From the IMG/VR virus record IMGVR_UViG_3300046492_000366, positions 2,843-66,842 of that record: DNA of 64,000 nt, one strand, 5' to 3'. The notes beneath the pieces were generated by a model, which had not been told where the DNA came from, ran no database searches, and saw only the letters and a program-made list of their open reading frames with translations. Source of the stretch: a virus. Made by a program: the position numbers and the translations under genes. Positions 19,543-29,742 of this stretch are shown here, piece by piece; position 1 is the stretch's first letter; every line of letters starts with the position of its first letter.

Positions 19543-20195
19543 ACCTGATTGTTCCTGATGGCCTCAAGCACGATCTGCTGGAAGCGGGCCACAGTGATGC
19601 GAACCATGCCGCCCGGCGCCTGGGTGGAATGCCCGAACTCCAGCGGAATCGCGTAACCAAGGCTGTTGGTGATGTAGCAGGTATCCCCTGCTTTGAACTC
19701 AATGGCACCGGCAACGATTCGCGTCGTAGATTTGGCCCCGCTCGGATCGACTTCTTCCGTCGTCGTAGTGTCCGCCGCGCCGATGCTGAACATCCAGTTT
19801 CCGCGAAACCGACCTCCGACGTAGCCCTTGCCAGCCACCAAGCCATTCACATTGAAGTTCTGGTCACGCTCAGCCTTGGTCAGCGGCTTGGCGTATTTCA
19901 CACCGCTGCGGAGCTTGCCGGCCTTCGTGAAGTTCGACTCATCGAGATTGATGATCGTGTTGCGAATGTTGACCTTGAAGTCGTAATCGTCTGCCACCCG
20001 GGTGTTCGCTTCGCGATGAACGACGTTTGCAGCCCAGATTTCTGGATTGCCCACTGGAGACATGCGGATGACGCTGTTGCCAAGTTCGATGATGATCTCG
20101 CGAAGACTGGCGTCGATGGCTTCTGTGGCTTTGGCTGCGAATTCGGCGAGGCTCAGGGCGAAGCTGCCGGACTGTCCGGCGCCTGCGCGACTCAC
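19539..20195 (-). CDS. HK97 gp10-like neck/tail protein
   Basis: SPVG..GRFRGNW..YAIPLEFGHSTQAPGGMVR; GTG overlaps the upstream stop. Confidence 0.85.
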   Translation of the reverse strand: MSRAGAGQSGSFALSLAEFAAKATEAIDASLREIIIELGNSVIRMSPVGNPEIWAANVVHREANTRVADDYDFKVNIRNTIINLDESNFTKAGKLRSGVKYAKPLTKAERDQNFNVNGLVAGKGYVGGRFRGNWMFSIGAADTTTTEEVDPSGAKSTTRIVAGAIEFKAGDTCYITNSLGYAIPLEFGHSTQAPGGMVRITVARFQQIVLEAIRNNQV

Positions 20196-20560
20196 GACCG
20201 CACCTGCAGTTCGTAGAGGATTGGTGTGCCGGCCGGGTTTATCTCTTTCAAGGGCGGGACAATTGACCAGGTGCGCCCGTTGACGATCACCTTGTTCAGC
20301 AAATCGGGAGCCCACTCCAGCCCCTGCGCGGCGATCTTCAGTTTCTTGTCGCCCTGCTTGATGAGGCTGTTGTTTTGGAATTCCTGACCAGTAAAGTCGA
20401 GCAAGATGCCTTGGGCGGTCTGCTCTTTCGTGCTGTCGGGTGGTGCGGTACCGGTTTCCGGGTCGTACTCGCCGACGGTTGTTGCGCGGATAGTCACGGG
20501 CTGGCCGAACTCTTTGATCATCTCCAGGGCCATCACGGCCAATTCTTCGTAGAATGCCAT
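20192..20560 (-). CDS. Head closure / head-tail adaptor
   Basis: Synteny; YDPETG, IKQGDKK. Confidence 0.8.
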   Translation of the reverse strand: MAFYEELAVMALEMIKEFGQPVTIRATTVGEYDPETGTAPPDSTKEQTAQGILLDFTGQEFQNNSLIKQGDKKLKIAAQGLEWAPDLLNKVIVNGRTWSIVPPLKEINPAGTPILYELQVRS

Positions 20561-20581
20561 TTGGTGACCCTATAAGGACAT

Positions 20582-20893
20582 TTGATGAACAACGGCGAAA
20601 AAGCATTGTTTTTGATTGAGGCCGAACAACGCCTAAACAATGCGTTAGCAAACTTCGATTGCATCGACAAAGACCCAGCGAGAATCGCCCTCGAAGAAGC
20701 AATTCGCACCGTATTGAGTGGAACGTGTGCAGAAAAATTTACCGAGGAACTGATATCCCGATTAACCCGCCACTGTGTTCCGCTCTGCTCAAACGACTTT
20801 GCCACTTTCACTGACCTGGTATCAGCTAGCAGCGACAAAGATTTATCCAATGTTTATATGCATTATCAAACAGAGGAATTTGTAAAATTTTGA
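20582..20893 (+). CDS. Hypothetical protein, antisense moron
   Basis: SD AAGGA; AT-rich ORF filling the gap between two head-tail genes. Confidence 0.7.
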   Translation: MMNNGEKALFLIEAEQRLNNALANFDCIDKDPARIALEEAIRTVLSGTCAEKFTEELISRLTRHCVPLCSNDFATFTDLVSASSDKDLSNVYMHYQTEEFVKF

Positions 20894-20894
20894 T

Positions 20895-21398
20895 TTAGGC
20901 GCGCACCGCGAACAACCCACGCCGCTGTAAGTAGTCAGCAAACTGGGTCGCGCTTGGTCGATCAGGTGCAGCCGGCAACAGTCGGCCACTGGTGTTCGGG
21001 ATCGTCGCGTACTCGCGAGTTACCGCGCCTTCGACACGCTCTAGCGTCACAGCGCCTTTGCGCTTGTCGATGGGGTCTATGTCGTCAGAGTGGATCTCTG
21101 CAGCCAGCGCCATCTGCCCGTACTGGATTCTCGCAGGCAGGTAGTTGTCGGGCTTGATTTCGTAATCCAACTCGACTCCGCGGCGTGGCCAGGACAACGC
21201 CTGATCGCTGTTACTCTTGCGCCCTTTCCAAGTCATGCCATCCATTGCCAGTGCGGAACGGCGCAGCAACGCTTCCTGTGCAGGCACTTCAGCAGGAATG
21301 ATCACGCCGAACTTCACGGCGTACATGGTCAGATCCTCGGCGGAGGCGTAGCTTTCGGCGTCAGGCTTGCTGGTACCGTCCTCGATGATGAGAGTCAT
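20895..21398 (-). CDS. Head-tail connector (DnaT-like family)
   Basis: LIIEDGT..AESYAS, WKGRK...QALSWPR. Confidence 0.85.
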   Translation of the reverse strand: MTLIIEDGTSKPDAESYASAEDLTMYAVKFGVIIPAEVPAQEALLRRSALAMDGMTWKGRKSNSDQALSWPRRGVELDYEIKPDNYLPARIQYGQMALAAEIHSDDIDPIDKRKGAVTLERVEGAVTREYATIPNTSGRLLPAAPDRPSATQFADYLQRRGLFAVRA

Positions 21399-21455
21399 GA
21401 ATCAGCTCGCTGTAATGTTCTAGATCGGGCACCACGCTGTTGGGCACCCGGATGA

Positions 21456-22046
21456 TTACGCCTTCGGCAGCTCAGAAACCGCTTTTTCTAGCGATTCTAC
21501 CGAAGCATTCGCCCGATACTGCACATTGGCGGCGTCGAGTTGCGCCTTGAGGCTTGCGATCTTCTCGACATTGTCGATCGGCTCCGCTGCCGCCTTGAGA
21601 CGTTCGACTTCAGCGCGGAGCAATTCAACCTCGCCCGCCAAACCGTCGCGTTCGCCCTCGATGGTGACGACGCCTTCATGAATGGCCTTCAATGCATCGA
21701 ACAAGCGGATCGGCAGTTCGCCGGCGCCAGGGTTTTCCAGCTCCGATTGCCCCTCAGCGGCTTCAATCAGTCGCTGGATGCCGTCCCGTTCGGCGCGGAG
21801 TGTGGCGTTGTCCTGTTCCAGACTGGCAACGGTGTCAGCAACATCTGAATCAACCGGATGGCTGATCAAAGGCTTCAACACAGAAACTTCGACGCCCTGC
21901 GCCTCATAAGCATCGACCACCTTCGGCCAGTCGCCAATCACAACTGCATGAGTCACGCCCGCTTCAGGCCGATCAAAGTGCGATGGATTGCGGTAACGCT
22001 TTTCCGGATCGAAATCCGAGTTCTGAGTGGAGTAAACCAGTTCCAT
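21456..22046 (-). CDS. Capsid-associated protein
   Basis: Follows the major capsid gene; coiled coil; C-terminal HeH-like LKAQLDAANVQY. Confidence 0.7.
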   Translation of the reverse strand: MELVYSTQNSDFDPEKRYRNPSHFDRPEAGVTHAVVIGDWPKVVDAYEAQGVEVSVLKPLISHPVDSDVADTVASLEQDNATLRAERDGIQRLIEAAEGQSELENPGAGELPIRLFDALKAIHEGVVTIEGERDGLAGEVELLRAEVERLKAAAEPIDNVEKIASLKAQLDAANVQYRANASVESLEKAVSELPKA

Positions 22047-22091
22047 AAAAGTCTCCGTAGCGGCCATTGCTGGCCGCTGTCAGGGCCAGTA

Positions 22092-23054
22092 TCAGCCGCC
22101 GGCTGGTGGCGTAGTGGTCAGAGTGATCAGCACACCAGCAGTCACCTTGTTGCTGTTGGAATGCTTGACCCAGTTCGCAGCCGAACCCACAGCGGCAAGC
22201 GTAGGGTTCGCGCCGCCCGCGGTTTCCTTCCAGCTGTAGCCGAGAACATCGATGTTGACGGTGCCTTCTGCGCGATAGCCGATACCCAGGTTCTCTTCGT
22301 CGTTCACCGCATACGAACGGAAGCCCGGCGCCTGCGACTCAGTGATCACCACAGCGTTTGGCAGCAGGCCGAAGATCACATCTGCGGGAGCTGTGTCGGT
22401 AACCAGCACCGGCTTGCCGAGAGTGCCTGGCAAGCCGCCGTAAATGACGACGCCCGCCTCTTCGTAGACCTTGTTTGCAATCGCCTCGTCGACAATGTCG
22501 AAGTAAGCACTGGAGTGCATGACCCACAGCGCGATACGGCCGAACTTGTCACCGAACTTGCGCATGCCGCGGGTCAGTGTCTTCTTGCCGTCGGTTTCAA
22601 TGTTGGCCGAAACCACCATGTCAGCGTTGGAGCTGATCGAGGCGCGCAGTGCAGCAGTGGCGTACTGGATGAAACCTTCCAGAGTGGCGTCGGCAACGTC
22701 GGCGCCGATGATCTGCGAGAACTCGTCGACCGGTCGGCCGCGGCGCTTGAACGCTTCTTCGGTGGTCTGGTACGGGCCGTACTTCCACGGTGCCTTGACG
22801 CCAACGGCTTCGCCCGCGCCGATCTTCTTCGCGGTCACCTTACCGGTGGAGTTGACGTCGCGATGCTCCAGCGAGCCGCCGATCTTGTAGAACGAGCGCT
22901 TGCGGAAGTCGCCTTCGATCAGCTCGTTGTCGAGCACGATCGCGCCGTTGGACGATGCGTTGAACACATCGAGGTTGTCCTGGACACGCTCCAGGTATGC
23001 GGTTTGCGCCTCATCGTTGTAGATGATCAGGTCGCTGTTAACGGTCGTTGCCAT
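22092..23054 (-). CDS. Major capsid protein
   Basis: FNASSNGAIVL, TLGKPVLVTD; follows the scaffold gene. Confidence 0.92.
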   Translation of the reverse strand: MATTVNSDLIIYNDEAQTAYLERVQDNLDVFNASSNGAIVLDNELIEGDFRKRSFYKIGGSLEHRDVNSTGKVTAKKIGAGEAVGVKAPWKYGPYQTTEEAFKRRGRPVDEFSQIIGADVADATLEGFIQYATAALRASISSNADMVVSANIETDGKKTLTRGMRKFGDKFGRIALWVMHSSAYFDIVDEAIANKVYEEAGVVIYGGLPGTLGKPVLVTDTAPADVIFGLLPNAVVITESQAPGFRSYAVNDEENLGIGYRAEGTVNIDVLGYSWKETAGGANPTLAAVGSAANWVKHSNSNKVTAGVLITLTTTPPAGG

Positions 23055-23067
23055 GGGTGAAATCCCC

Positions 23068-23796
23068 TTACTTGGGCAATTGCAGGTATGCGGTTTGGCC
23101 GTGCTTGCGCTGGTAGTCGCGCTTTTGCTCGGCAGTCATTTCGGAGCGCTTGAATGCAGCCTGGCCGCCACCCCCGCCCGGGGCTTGTGTTCCTGAGGCC
23201 CTTGGCCACAGATGAGGTGCGCTTTCGCGCAGTGATTCCGCCCATTCGAGCGGAGTCAGAGGGGTCTTGCCGTCTTTGCCAAGGATGACTTGGCCGGATT
23301 CATCAACGGCGACCGCTTCACCCTCTTCGTTCAGCGAGAACACGCCTTTGGCGCGCAGAATGATGTCGTCGGTTGCTTCCGCCAGTGCGCCGGCTTTCAG
23401 TGCAGCACCGCGCACCGAATCGCCCAAGACTTTGCCCTGAAACTTGGCAGCGAATGCTTCGGCCTTCTCGGCCCGCGCGGTGACGGTCTTCAACTGCTTG
23501 TCGTAGTCGCCACGCAGACGTTCGGTGCGTCGGTTGAACACCTCGTCGACCTTGCCCTCTGTCAGTAGCTTGGTTTCTTCGTCTTGGCCTGCCCGACTGA
23601 GCAGGCCTTTGACGGCGTCGATGTCGATGCCTTCGAACTGCGTCTCGAACTGAGTGAGCTTGCCGGTGGTGTCTTTCAGTTTGCCCAGCAGCTCGGTGTT
23701 CTTGGTTTTCAGGCCAGAAACGGAAGCTTCTACGGCAGTCGCGATAGCGGCCTTAATTGCCGGATTATCCAGGTCGATTTCGTTTTCTTCTGCCAC
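23068..23796 (-). CDS. Capsid scaffolding protein
   Basis: GLKTKNTELLG coiled coil, APHLWP, YLQLPK C-terminus. Confidence 0.85.
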   Translation of the reverse strand: MAEENEIDLDNPAIKAAIATAVEASVSGLKTKNTELLGKLKDTTGKLTQFETQFEGIDIDAVKGLLSRAGQDEETKLLTEGKVDEVFNRRTERLRGDYDKQLKTVTARAEKAEAFAAKFQGKVLGDSVRGAALKAGALAEATDDIILRAKGVFSLNEEGEAVAVDESGQVILGKDGKTPLTPLEWAESLRESAPHLWPRASGTQAPGGGGGQAAFKRSEMTAEQKRDYQRKHGQTAYLQLPK

Positions 23797-23885
23797 GTTG
23801 ATGCACCCCTTGGGTATGTGTTGCCCGCTTTGCAGGCATAAAAAAACCCGCCGGAGCGGGTTTGATTTTTAGTTATCAAAAGCAT

Positions 23886-24449
23886 TTAACTGGTGAGCGC
23901 CATCTTCCGTAGAAAATCTTCGATCATTTTGTCGCTGACCATTTCCATGTAAGCAATCTTTGTACTCAACGAAATAAAGGCGCCATGTGAAGTCACCTCT
24001 CTCCTAGCAGCAAGATGTGCACTTTCCAAACACGACTCCATCACTGCAGCTCTGTTTGGATCTTGTTCAAGAAAGGGTTCCATGCGGTCCGCGAAATTCC
24101 GCCAAGCAAGCCGCAGAGCTTCCTCTGCTCTACCTGCGTTTGCGTTGACATATGAAACGAAATACTTAGGATCACTACAGTCAGGAGAAAGTAAGTGGCA
24201 TTCGGCGCAGAGTAGAAAGAAGTTCCTAGCACTCTCATCCCCCTCCAAAGAGTGGGGAACGATATGTGCAGTTTCTTGGTAACCCGTACGGCCGCAACAC
24301 CAGCACAGTCGTACATCATCACAATCATCCAAAACCAATTCGGCGACAGCGCCTGAGAAACCGTACTCGTCCAGCCAATCACTATTGTCTTGCCAAGCTT
24401 TACGAACCGAGTTTCTTAAAACTGTTTTGCGCTTAGGAGAAAGCCCCAT
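23886..24449 (-). CDS. HNH endonuclease-family moron
   Basis: CWCCG...AHIVPHSLEG...NFFLLCAECH. Confidence 0.8.
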   Translation of the reverse strand: MGLSPKRKTVLRNSVRKAWQDNSDWLDEYGFSGAVAELVLDDCDDVRLCWCCGRTGYQETAHIVPHSLEGDESARNFFLLCAECHLLSPDCSDPKYFVSYVNANAGRAEEALRLAWRNFADRMEPFLEQDPNRAAVMESCLESAHLAARREVTSHGAFISLSTKIAYMEMVSDKMIEDFLRKMALTS

Positions 24450-24482
24450 CGCTTGGATTCCATGTGAGCAGCTCGATTCTCA

Positions 24483-25571
24483 TCATCTCAAACCCGCACG
24501 CTCAAACGCCAGCGGCTCAAGCGCTTTCATTTCCGCCAGCGTCAGCGGCGCAAAATTGCGATCAAGCTGCAGCTCTGTGAAGCGCTCGACGGTCAAGCCT
24601 CCTCCTCGGAACAGCTTTGCCCGTACCGGGCCGATGGCAACGTCCTGGAACGAAGCTGGCTGCTGCTGAAGCCAGTGGTAATAGTCGAGGCTCGCACTGA
24701 CCTGCCCTGCGCCACTTGCACCAACCGAAGCTCGGGTAGCACCCTTAGCGAACATATCGCTGAGCTTGGTCAGAAGGACGAACGTGGTCCGGCAATTCGG
24801 ATGAAACGGCGGGCGGGGGCCAGAGTCGACCGGAAACCGTCGTTTATCCATCGACCGACACTGCTGGCTGGTCTTGCTGTCAAGCGTGGCGACCATCTCA
24901 ACCTCGGACACGATGTCCGTGTTGGCCTTGGCCACTTCCATGCGCGCCTGAGACGATACATGCTGGATCGCGGTGTGCACGACCGTGCTGGCATTGCGGT
25001 TGGTGGTGGCGAGAATGCCGTCCTTGTAGCCGGCCGACTTCGTGCCGCGGATGTTGCGGATGATCTGGAAGTTCGTTTGCCCTTCAAAGAAGCCCTGCCG
25101 GATCGTGCCGTTGACGCGCTCGCGCTCGGCACTGGTCCAACCCTGGATGAACGACTTCAGCAGCTTGCCGCCGCCGGTGCCGCGCACACTGAGGGGATTC
25201 GTCAGTACCGCAATCCTGATCGCAGCTGCCGTCGGCACGACAACATCCAAAGCGACGCCAATCGGCGCCAACCTGGCCAAGCTCGACGCTTCAAACTCAG
25301 CCTCGTAGTTGGCGATGTCGATCAGGTCGAGATTCAGTTTCGCGCGGTACCGGTCGAAGATACCCAGCAGCAGACTGTCGACCTCTTTCAGCAGCGCCTC
25401 CAGCCGCTTCACGTTGTACTCGGTCAGATCCGATTGAGTGAGCCTGTCGCGAATAGAGCGGTCGATCTCCTTCAGGAAGGGGGCGAACTTGCCGACCTCC
25501 CCTGCCTTCAGCTTTTCGAGGAAGACCGCGTGCCGAATCGTGGCGTCAAGGATTGCTTGGTTTGCCACCAT
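24483..25571 (-). CDS. Minor capsid / head morphogenesis protein (SPP1 gp7-like)
   Basis: VATLDSKTSQQCRSMD, PPFHPNCRT. Confidence 0.9.
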   Translation of the reverse strand: MVANQAILDATIRHAVFLEKLKAGEVGKFAPFLKEIDRSIRDRLTQSDLTEYNVKRLEALLKEVDSLLLGIFDRYRAKLNLDLIDIANYEAEFEASSLARLAPIGVALDVVVPTAAAIRIAVLTNPLSVRGTGGGKLLKSFIQGWTSAERERVNGTIRQGFFEGQTNFQIIRNIRGTKSAGYKDGILATTNRNASTVVHTAIQHVSSQARMEVAKANTDIVSEVEMVATLDSKTSQQCRSMDKRRFPVDSGPRPPFHPNCRTTFVLLTKLSDMFAKGATRASVGASGAGQVSASLDYYHWLQQQPASFQDVAIGPVRAKLFRGGGLTVERFTELQLDRNFAPLTLAEMKALEPLAFERAGLR

Positions 25572-26964
25572 CTACTTTGTCCTCGTCATCCAGACCCAAG
25601 CCGTCGCCCTGCTCATCCAGCTCACCGTCGATTTGCTGGTCTGTGCGCTCGGGCGCGATCAGGCCCAACTTACGCAGATAGGCTCGAAGATCTGCTTTGG
25701 CGAAACCGCCGTTCTGCCAGAGGCCAACCAGTGCGGTGATCATCTGTGGATCAGCCGTCAGCTCCACGAACTCCTGATTGATCTGGTACGCAACCTTCGC
25801 GTCGTCGACGCCCATGTAGGTGCAGCACCACATGATCGCCCGGGTATAGGCCTCGCTGACGTTGGCCACGCAGCCGGCGAGCACTGACGTTGATGCGGAC
25901 TGATCGCCGCGTGCTTCGGTCGCCGTCTTGGACGAGAGAGAGGCCACGACCATCCGCGCGCCGAGCTCGATCATCATCTGGTTCTTGTCGGCCATGGCCT
26001 CCTTCACCAGCGTGTTCGGCAGTGGCTGCGCATAACCGAAGGCGCCACCTGTTGGCAGCATCATCGGGGCGCGAGAGCCGACGTAAACGCCCGTTTTCTC
26101 CATCCAGTCGCGCCACTGTTCGTCCAGACCGGAAATCCATGGCTGTGCCTGGCCGCACCAGAAGACGCTGTCTTCATAGTCGGCGCTGTTCCGATAATGG
26201 CCCAGGTTGATCATGGCGATATCGTAGAGCGGTGACTCGTCAATGCTCGGGTCATTGTTCTGTGCGCCTACGAAGGTGAACGGGATCTCCTTCAGGCGGC
26301 CGGCGGCGCCGGTGGGTTTGAATTCCTGCACAACGGCCAGCGGCCCGCCGCCTTTCGGCCCGGATCGGCGCCAAACGCGGCAGACAAAGCCATCATCCTC
26401 GAGGGCCAGTTCCCGGTATTGCTCTACCACCTTGAAGCCGAAACCGTCTTCGATTTCCGGCGATTCGCGCAGCACCACCAGGGTCAGCACGCAGTGTCCG
26501 TTCACCATGCCCGTACGCCAGTTGATGATGTCTTCAGCGCAGTACGACAGGATCACCGAGTGCCCACCGGCGCCGGCGTCTTGGTGATAGTCGACGTACA
26601 GACCATGCCGTCCAGCCTCGAGCACCTTTTCCAGCGTGCCTTGCGAATGCTGGTAGATGCTCACGCCGGAACCGTTGGCGTTGTCCTGCAAGTACTCCAT
26701 CTTCTTGGTGACCGTCAACGTCGGGTCTTTGTGAAATGCCAAACCGAGCAAGCCATTGCGCGTGTGACCGGTGGCGTTCTTGAAAACCGCCCGTTCGCGA
26801 TAGGCCTTGTTTCGGTCTACGTTCTCCGGCGACTTGTCGTGAGCGTTGATGTACGGCAGTCGGTCAACAACCCTGTGCTGACCAGCGCAAACGTCGCGCA
26901 CGGTTGCCCAGCGATCCAGCACTTCGATGTAGTCCGCCCGCTTGAAGGAGACGTCGTTGCTCAT
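25546..26964 (-). CDS. Portal protein (DUF4055-type)
   Basis: 472 aa after TerL; NLGHYRNSADYE. Confidence 0.9.
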   Translation of the reverse strand: MSNDVSFKRADYIEVLDRWATVRDVCAGQHRVVDRLPYINAHDKSPENVDRNKAYRERAVFKNATGHTRNGLLGLAFHKDPTLTVTKKMEYLQDNANGSGVSIYQHSQGTLEKVLEAGRHGLYVDYHQDAGAGGHSVILSYCAEDIINWRTGMVNGHCVLTLVVLRESPEIEDGFGFKVVEQYRELALEDDGFVCRVWRRSGPKGGGPLAVVQEFKPTGAAGRLKEIPFTFVGAQNNDPSIDESPLYDIAMINLGHYRNSADYEDSVFWCGQAQPWISGLDEQWRDWMEKTGVYVGSRAPMMLPTGGAFGYAQPLPNTLVKEAMADKNQMMIELGARMVVASLSSKTATEARGDQSASTSVLAGCVANVSEAYTRAIMWCCTYMGVDDAKVAYQINQEFVELTADPQMITALVGLWQNGGFAKADLRAYLRKLGLIAPERTDQQIDGELDEQGDGLGLDDEDKVDGGKPSNP

Positions 26965-28262
26965 CGGGCGTATCCCATTTTGATAGCGGTGACCGGTTTG
27001 ATAATCGGGTACTCGCGGTGAATGAAGTAACCGCCGCCGTCGTTGGCGTGGTCGTTTCCTTGGCTCTTGTCCGGCTCGCCGTTCGGCGCCCAGATCTGTT
27101 GCTCAAGGCCGTCGGCATAAGTCGGACACGTAAACGGATTGACCAGGTAACGGCGCTCGCCCTGCGCGTTGCAGAACATGGCGTTCATGGCGTTGATTCG
27201 GTCCTTCACCGGTGGGTTGGCCGCCGGCGCGATGACCGTGAAGCCTGCCTGCTTCAGCATGGCGATATCGGTGAGGCTGGCATTGACCGACTTGCGCGAA
27301 TCGCCGGAGGCGTCCGGGTAGATCCGAATCTCGCAGGTCTTTCTGAAGTCGTTGCCGGTGTGTTCCCAGTAGCGTTCCTTGATCCGGCGGATCATGTCTG
27401 GCGTGTCGTAGCCATCCATCAACTCGTCCACGGCGCGCGGCAGGCCCTGATCACGTTTTACGTGGGTGATTGCTGCCATCTTGCCGACGTTGAAGTCCAT
27501 GCCGATGAACAGCGGCTCCCCGGGCTGGACCGTGTCGAAGCACTGGTTCAGCTTGCGATCGTAGGCGTGATAGATCGATCCGGATGTCAGGTTGACGAAC
27601 TGGCCATTTAGGTACGCTCGGATCAGTTGCTCGGGGTACGACTCCATCAGCGATGCAATGTAATCGTCCGGCAGGTTCAGCTCGTTGTCGAAGGTGCTGG
27701 CCTGGATCAGGCCATACATCTCCTTCAGCGCCGGCTTGTCGCGCAACTGCTTCACGAACTGGAGGAAGACGAACTTGAAGCCTTCCGGCGTCGTGGTCAC
27801 GTCTACGCCGTTTTTCAGCCCGGGCAGGTTGTAACGCATCCGAGCAATGATCTTGCGCCAGGCCTGCTGCGCCTTGATCGACGTCAGCACATCCAGTTCA
27901 TCGACCAGAGCGTGACCGATCTTGAAGCCGACGATGGTTTGCGGCTTCTCCATCGACCGGCAAATCACAGTGCCGCGATACTGCCGGCCGCTGTAGATGT
28001 GAACCTCATGGTTCGCCTGATTGATCTTGGTCTTTAGGCCCCAGTCGTAGGCCACCTCCTCCATCGTGGGATAGAAGATGTCTCGGATCTGCGGGTAAGT
28101 CGGTGCGAAGTAGCCAGCGTTGACGCCGGGCCACTCCATGAAATGCTTGCTCAGTGCTGAGCATCCGACCCAGGTCTTTCCGGAGCCGAATCCAGCAACG
28201 AATGCGCGAAATTTGTGGGGCAACAGGAGGAACTGCGACTGCGGAACGTTAAGGCTCGGCAT
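26961..28262 (-). CDS. terL: Terminase large subunit
   Basis: Walker A AGFGSGKT, Walker B ALVDE, nuclease GMDFN, DHAND. Confidence 0.95.
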   Translation of the reverse strand: MPSLNVPQSQFLLLPHKFRAFVAGFGSGKTWVGCSALSKHFMEWPGVNAGYFAPTYPQIRDIFYPTMEEVAYDWGLKTKINQANHEVHIYSGRQYRGTVICRSMEKPQTIVGFKIGHALVDELDVLTSIKAQQAWRKIIARMRYNLPGLKNGVDVTTTPEGFKFVFLQFVKQLRDKPALKEMYGLIQASTFDNELNLPDDYIASLMESYPEQLIRAYLNGQFVNLTSGSIYHAYDRKLNQCFDTVQPGEPLFIGMDFNVGKMAAITHVKRDQGLPRAVDELMDGYDTPDMIRRIKERYWEHTGNDFRKTCEIRIYPDASGDSRKSVNASLTDIAMLKQAGFTVIAPAANPPVKDRINAMNAMFCNAQGERRYLVNPFTCPTYADGLEQQIWAPNGEPDKSQGNDHANDGGGYFIHREYPIIKPVTAIKMGYAR

Positions 28263-28710
28263 TCGTCTTCCTCGCATCCACTACGTCGACCTGAATGCGC
28301 GTCGGGATCGCCGGCTCATCGTCGGGCTCGTCCTTCCGAGTGCGATTGACGTAGACGTCGCCGACTTCCTTCGCCGCCTGCTCGAGGATCTGCATGGCTA
28401 GACCGATGTTCTTCATCGTCTCAGCCTTCTCAACGAACCGGTTCATGGCGCGAAGGCGGAACGCTCGGTTGGCGATCGGGATATCTGCCGTCTCCTCGCG
28501 GAAGCGCTGGCGGGTGTCCCTGAATAGGGTTTGCCACTTCACCGCCAGCCCCTTGCTGCATGCCTTAGTCGGGTCGTGGCTTTCTACTTGTTGGCGTGTC
28601 AGAACCACACCGAATTCGTTCTTGACGGCCTCGGCCACCTGAGACGGTGTGTCAAAGCACGCCAAAGCCTGAACGATGAAGCTCTTCACCTCATTTTTCA
28701 GGGCTGCCAT
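28249..28710 (-). CDS. terS: Terminase small subunit (DUF2280-type)
   Basis: FIVQALACFDTPSQV, ILEQAAKEVG; upstream of TerL. Confidence 0.88.
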   Translation of the reverse strand: MAALKNEVKSFIVQALACFDTPSQVAEAVKNEFGVVLTRQQVESHDPTKACSKGLAVKWQTLFRDTRQRFREETADIPIANRAFRLRAMNRFVEKAETMKNIGLAMQILEQAAKEVGDVYVNRTRKDEPDDEPAIPTRIQVDVVDARKTNAEP

Positions 28711-28742
28711 AAATTCTTTATCCGTCTAGGGCCTGTCTAGAA

Positions 28743-29366
28743 TCAGGCCGACTTGAGCAGACAGGTTCCGCAGGCCCTCGAAATGTTCAATTTCCCCACC
28801 TCGGCAGGATTGTTTGCAGCGTCCACCAGCTCTTGCACTTGAGGGCTCGCCCCATAGCGACGCACCACACCGACGAACTCTTCAACGTCGTGTCCGCGCA
28901 TCTCAAGCTTGGGCAATCCTTCTTGGGTGAACTTGGGTGCGCCGTACTGATCGGTCGCCTGAGCGATGTGGTACAGCTCATGCTCCACCAGTGCGCAGAA
29001 GTCAGCGTCGGAGCAGTCGGCGCAGTAATCGGCAGCCAGGGTGATGATGTAGGCCGGCACATCGCCGAACCAATCGCGCATCTGCTGTTCCATCCGAGCC
29101 TTCTGCCAGCCACCAGCGCGGAACGCTATCTGTTCGGCTTGACCGACCACTGTGCGCCCCATCTTCGTGAAGGCGGCAGACGCCCACATGACTCTCACGT
29201 CCGCATCGATCAGATGGGCGTGGTCTTCGTTGTGGATGCTTCCGGTGTCGGCAAGGATCTCGGTTTGAAGCCACTCCCACACCTCGGGTGCAGGGGCCAA
29301 GCGGATACCGAAGTCGGATAGATCTGACAGCTTAAGCAATGACGCTGGAGGATAAGGCCTGACCAT
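28743..29366 (-). CDS. Putative phage metallopeptidase
   Basis: HELYH zinc motif, HDVEEF. Confidence 0.85.
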   Translation of the reverse strand: MVRPYPPASLLKLSDLSDFGIRLAPAPEVWEWLQTEILADTGSIHNEDHAHLIDADVRVMWASAAFTKMGRTVVGQAEQIAFRAGGWQKARMEQQMRDWFGDVPAYIITLAADYCADCSDADFCALVEHELYHIAQATDQYGAPKFTQEGLPKLEMRGHDVEEFVGVVRRYGASPQVQELVDAANNPAEVGKLNISRACGTCLLKSA

Positions 29367-29440
29367 GAGTCACCTTGAGCTTGAAATAGTGGCGCGTTGC
29401 CGGTATTGGTAAGAATCAACTCACCAGCAAGGAAGTGGAC

Positions 29441-29644
29441 ATGGCAGATACGAAATCAAACGCTCTCAGCGCCTCCGGTTATTACAGCGCAAATACTGAA
29501 GGCAAGAGAATTCTCGCAGTATCCGCAGCGCTCGAATTGATTGCAGCCAGAGCCAGCAACTCAACCCCATTCAACTTAGAGCCGGAATTCAACAACCTTT
29601 CCAAATATGCAGACCAGATACAGGAAGCGATCAACAAAAAGTGA
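29441..29644 (+). CDS. Small hypothetical protein, antisense moron
   Basis: SD AAGGA; 67 aa. Confidence 0.7.
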   Translation: MADTKSNALSASGYYSANTEGKRILAVSAALELIAARASNSTPFNLEPEFNNLSKYADQIQEAINKK

Positions 29645-29742
29645 TTCGTCCGTGCCGCACTCACCTGCGGCACACCTACCCAGCCCCGCGTATGGATAGG
29701 TGCGCTACAGCCAACACTACAACCAATCGAGAGTTACAAAAA

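Noticed and set aside
19539-20702. 387-aa ORF as listed in the track (also the extended starts at 33084, 36030 and 8449)
   Set aside because: The N-terminal extensions overlap other genes or terminators; downstream starts with SD or coupling were chosen
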